DNA from: Acinetobacter wanghuae
Lineage (GTDB): Bacteria > Pseudomonadota > Gammaproteobacteria > Pseudomonadales > Moraxellaceae
Length of the DNA stretch: 32,000 bases
Direction of reading: 5' to 3'
Assembly (NCBI RefSeq): GCF_009557235.1
Contig: NZ_CP045650.1
Location: 2,610,001 to 2,642,000 of the forward strand
In this document: positions 28,908-32,000 of the stretch, in pieces
Numbering within the stretch: the stretch's first letter is position 1
Layout: each line of letters begins with the position of its first letter
Notes under the pieces: model-generated
What the model was told of the DNA's origin: nothing
The model's database searches: none
Seen by the model: only the letters and a program-made list of their open reading frames with translations
Translations under genes and position numbers: made by a program

Positions 28908-29555
28908 TTATTTCAAATTTTGTTCTTTTGACTTTGCTCTAAAATAAGCAGCGCGATGTCCTAAACGATCTAAATAAGCGTTAATCGCTGGATACTTATT
29001 CTTAAGTCGAGATTGTAAGGCTTCTAATGGAAAACTCATCTGAATATCGGCAAAGCTAAAGCGCCCAGCAAAATATTCATGTTGGGTTAAGTAACCTTCC
29101 AAGTAGTCGATATGATCTTTTAAGCGTGGCTGTACAAATTGTGCTTGCACCCCTTTTGCCACTTGCTTGGCAATGGGCTTCACCAAAAATGGCGCTTGAG
29201 TTGCGACTTTATCCATGACCAAATGCATGACCAACAAGGGCATCAATGAGCCTTCGGCATAATGCATCCAATAACGGAACTGCTGCTTTGACGTCGCATT
29301 CAAAGGCTGGAATAAGAGATTTTTATCATAGCTCTCCTGTAAATATTCCAAAATCACTGCAGACTCAGCTAAGACCTGATCCTGATCGACCAAGACTGGT
29401 GCTTTCCCCAAAGGATGCACCTGTTTTAAGCTCGGCGGCGCAGAAAAATTTGGCAGGCGCTTATACAATTGAATGTCATAGTCGAGCTCTAGTTCTTCCA
29501 ATGCCCATAAAATTCGGAAGGAACGCGATTGCTCTAAATGGTGTAAAACCCGCAT
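28908..29555 (-). CDS. Glutathione S-transferase family protein
   Basis: 215-aa ORF with the N-terminal thioredoxin-like GST motif (LHHLEQSRSFRILWALEELELDY..., HPLGKAPVL, ESAVILEYL). Confidence 0.85.
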   Translation of the reverse strand: MRVLHHLEQSRSFRILWALEELELDYDIQLYKRLPNFSAPPSLKQVHPLGKAPVLVDQDQVLAESAVILEYLQESYDKNLLFQPLNATSKQQFRYWMHYAEGSLMPLLVMHLVMDKVATQAPFLVKPIAKQVAKGVQAQFVQPRLKDHIDYLEGYLTQHEYFAGRFSFADIQMSFPLEALQSRLKNKYPAINAYLDRLGHRAAYFRAKSKEQNLK

Positions 29556-29650
29556 ATTGGACTCAGTGTTCTTGTTGTTCTGAAGCCTCTGATCATAGCA
29601 AAGGCATTGGCTTTAAACCCAATGCCTTAACAAAGCGTTACCAAGAGCAG

Positions 29651-30049
29651 TTAAACCAAACTGGTTTTGATTTCAACACTACGCAATAAGGTCTTGGTCA
29701 CCGGCGTCTTTTGACAAATGGCTAGAATCTTCTGTTTAAGCGCTTCATCCATGTCAGCCTTAAAGTTCAAGCGACGTTCAATCCATTCTTCACCTTCACG
29801 ATTGGCATGGAATTCTGCTTCAACTTCAAATAAGCCCAAATCAATGTCTTTATGCTTAGCATACATTCTGAGAGTAATCATGGTGCATGAAATCAAACTT
29901 GCCACCAAAAAATCATAAGGTGCAGGTCCACTGTCCTTCCCCCCAAAGGATTCAGGCTTATCGGTAAGATAAACATGTTTGCCATGTTGAATTTCTCCCT
30001 GCCATGGGGTGTCTAGGCTCTGCACTTTCGCTGTTGCAACAATACCCAT
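29651..30049 (-). CDS. OsmC/Ohr family protein
   Basis: 132-aa ORF with GPAPYDFLVASLISCTMITL (first conserved Cys region) and ...ICQKTPVTKTL near the C-terminus. Confidence 0.8.
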   Translation of the reverse strand: MGIVATAKVQSLDTPWQGEIQHGKHVYLTDKPESFGGKDSGPAPYDFLVASLISCTMITLRMYAKHKDIDLGLFEVEAEFHANREGEEWIERRLNFKADMDEALKQKILAICQKTPVTKTLLRSVEIKTSLV

Positions 30050-30079
30050 TTGGTACTCCTTATATTTATTTTTAAATCA

Positions 30080-31027
30080 TTATTTTGAAGGACGCATCCC
30101 ATCTGGAAATGCAGGGGCTTCCAAACGAGGTCCACTATATTCAGGAATTGAACCAAAACGTTCATGTGCTGCAACCCATTGTTCACGAGCTGTTTTCAGT
30201 TCTTCTGTAGTACGACCTACAAAGTTCCACCACAATAAAATAGGACTTTCAAAAGGCTCGCCACCGAGTAATAGCACACGACTATGGGCATGAATATCAA
30301 CATCTACATGCGTAAGACCCGGCTCTAAAATCACCATATTGTCTTCATCTAATGCGTGCCCATTGATACTTGCTGTTCCTTCTAGCGCCATAAAACCATA
30401 TTCAAATTTAGGATTGAGCGGCAAACGAGCATGCGTGTTCTCAGCAGCAAATAGATCTACACCTAAGAGTTCGCTATGTACTTTAACGGGTGATGTGGTT
30501 TTTAAATATTCACCCACCAATACCGTAAAATCAATGCCCTGCTCACTCACGATGGGCAGTTCAGGATAATGATCAAAGGCAGGCGCCATATTGATTTTAT
30601 CATCAGGCAAAGCAATCCAAAGCTGTGCGGCATGCATTTTAGTTTCAGTGTCTGGCGCAACTTCGGTATGAGAAATGCCATAACCCGCAGTCATTAAATT
30701 GACTTGTTTGGGACGAATGAGCTGCTCTGTACCTAAGCTATCATTGTGTAGCATGGTGCCTTCAATCATCCAGGTGAAGGTTTGCAAACCAATATGCGGA
30801 TGTGGACCCACATCTAAGCCGTCGCCTTGTGGAAAGCTCACTGGACCTGCGTGATCAAGGAAACACCACGCACCAATCATCCTTTTATGACGGCTCGGTA
30901 AAGCACGCTTAATGACAGTGCCTTGACCAATCTCAGCACGACGTAAAGTAAATTCTTGAATAAATTGATTTACATATTTTTTGCAGTCATCTGAGTGTGA
31001 CAGTTCAGTATCGTTATTATGCGACAT
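30080..31027 (-). CDS. Pirin family protein (bicupin)
   Basis: 315-aa ORF with HPHIGLQTFTWMIEG..H.DS.G (cupin metal-binding motif), GYGISHTE, and a second cupin half. It ends 30 nt upstream of the OsmC gene. Confidence 0.88.
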   Translation of the reverse strand: MSHNNDTELSHSDDCKKYVNQFIQEFTLRRAEIGQGTVIKRALPSRHKRMIGAWCFLDHAGPVSFPQGDGLDVGPHPHIGLQTFTWMIEGTMLHNDSLGTEQLIRPKQVNLMTAGYGISHTEVAPDTETKMHAAQLWIALPDDKINMAPAFDHYPELPIVSEQGIDFTVLVGEYLKTTSPVKVHSELLGVDLFAAENTHARLPLNPKFEYGFMALEGTASINGHALDEDNMVILEPGLTHVDVDIHAHSRVLLLGGEPFESPILLWWNFVGRTTEELKTAREQWVAAHERFGSIPEYSGPRLEAPAFPDGMRPSK

Positions 31028-31454
31028 GATATTGGCTCAAAAAGCTAAATTTAAACGATCATAACAATTCAATTTAGCAGATACAGCCTTTTCACTAGGA
31101 TTGTGCGTAATAGTTTTAGGACAATGTTTTAAGCTAATAATAAACAACTGATTTCTCTAAATTATATTACCGCCATGATTGGCTTTTAATTGTGTCTAAA
31201 AATGTACTTTATTTTAATAGATAAAACTTTTATATCTCTAATATGATCAGTAACACAGAAAAGCTCAGAAATAGTGTTTCACGTGAAACAGTTGAAATTT
31301 TAATGTAATTGATCAAAATCACAATGTTGATAAAAAATGAATATTGTCCGCAAAAACACAGTTACAAAATCATAATTTGTTACTTATTTAGCAATCATAT
31401 CGATAAAATCACCATTTTCAGGTAGATCATTTTTTACTCAAAAAGCACATAATT

Positions 31455-32000
31455 ATGCTTCATTTTAAAAAAATGGACAGTTCGATGTCTTCGATGGATA
31501 AACATACTTATTCCACGATGAATGCATCTCTTCAGGATGATAGAAGTAAGAATTTGCGCTTATTAAATTTAGCAGAATGTAATGCTGAAAATAGGCAACG
31601 TATTGAGCACGCCCTGCATAATCCCCATGCGCCCATTCCTGCGCAGTTTCACAATTACTTTTTAAATTTTTTATATGCGCGTCACCATTCGACATTAAAA
31701 CAATTTAATTATTTGGCTCAAATCAGCTTTTTACTGTATTTCTTTGTCGATATCCTCATTATTCCAGACATGATCTTAATCTCTGGTGCACTGCGTATTG
31801 CTATGATTTTAACCGCAATGGGCATCTGTTATTTTGCATTTAAAAACATCAAAGACATCCGCGTGCTCGATAGAATTTTACCGATTGGCACTGTGCTTTG
31901 TGCTGCAGTATGGATTTTTTTACTGGCGTTATCTCATAGCCCTTTGGTTCATCTCTATCTGTATGCATCTTCAATTTTTATATTGGTGGTGAATTTAGGC
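31455..32000 (+). CDS. Hypothetical integral membrane protein, N-terminal part; runs off the window and could be the sensor module of a signalling protein
   Basis: My own translation finds no stop from 31455 or 31473 (in-frame ATGs) to base 32000: (MLHFKK)MDSSMSSMDKHTYST...YLAQISFLLYFFVDILIIPDMILISGALRIAMILTAMGICYFAF...LPIGTVLCAAVWIFLLALS... This gives at least 176 stop-free codons in AT-rich DNA, with several hydrophobic helices. It is absent from the ORF track because there is no stop in the window. Confidence 0.6.
   Translation, partial: MLHFKKMDSSMSSMDKHTYSTMNASLQDDRSKNLRLLNLAECNAENRQRIEHALHNPHAPIPAQFHNYFLNFLYARHHSTLKQFNYLAQISFLLYFFVDILIIPDMILISGALRIAMILTAMGICYFAFKNIKDIRVLDRILPIGTVLCAAVWIFLLALSHSPLVHLYLYASSIFILVVNLG

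Noticed and set aside
29246-29689. 147-aa plus-strand ORF
   Set aside because: It is antisense to the GST gene and extends into the spacer, with no motifs. Shadow ORF.
31242-31304. 20-codon sORF (MISNTEKLRNSVSRETVEILM) spanning the 16-bp palindrome
   Set aside because: No RBS, and too short to support from sequence alone. The palindrome is better explained as a DNA site.
31465-31695. 76-aa minus-strand ORF from the track
   Set aside because: It lies antisense to a much longer stop-free plus-strand frame that continues to the window end.

Overview
This looks like a chromosomal segment from an Acinetobacter-like gammaproteobacterium. That attribution is an inference from AT-rich composition, gene order and remembered protein sequences, not a database result. 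(1) 1-6.7 kb: the atpIBEFHAGD operon on the minus strand. atpD runs off the window edge and the atpG frame is broken by an apparent 2-nt insertion. (2) 6.8-10.4 kb: the zinc-uptake locus znuA, a Zur box, then zur-znuC-znuB, followed 5 nt later by a frameshifted DUF523 gene. (3) 10.4-16.3 kb: single genes, namely an MscS-like channel, a LysE/RhtB exporter, a Dyp-type peroxidase, a class-I aminotransferase and a MATE exporter. (4) 16.4-24.6 kb is the most accessory-looking stretch. It holds a tight minus-strand operon (71-aa TOBE/Mop protein, OprO/P-like porin with a coiled-coil N-terminus, SsuA/NMT1-like binding protein, two permeases, ATPase). Upstream of it are a very AT-rich Crp/Fnr-like regulator, a 914-bp IS5-superfamily element with a broken transposase frame, and an AtsK/TauD-like dioxygenase. 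I read this as an envelope-spanning anion or organosulfur scavenging module with atypical parts, and it is my best candidate for something under-described. (5) 24.8-32 kb: a divergent SDR/TetR pair, phoBR, a GST, OsmC, pirin, a 430-bp AT-rich spacer with a perfect 16-bp palindrome, and the start of a membrane protein that runs off the window. I saw no rRNA, tRNA, CRISPR array, prophage or recognisable defence or toxin genes. Three genes carry frame-breaking indels, two of them an extra A in an A-run, so assembly quality should be checked before any biological interpretation.
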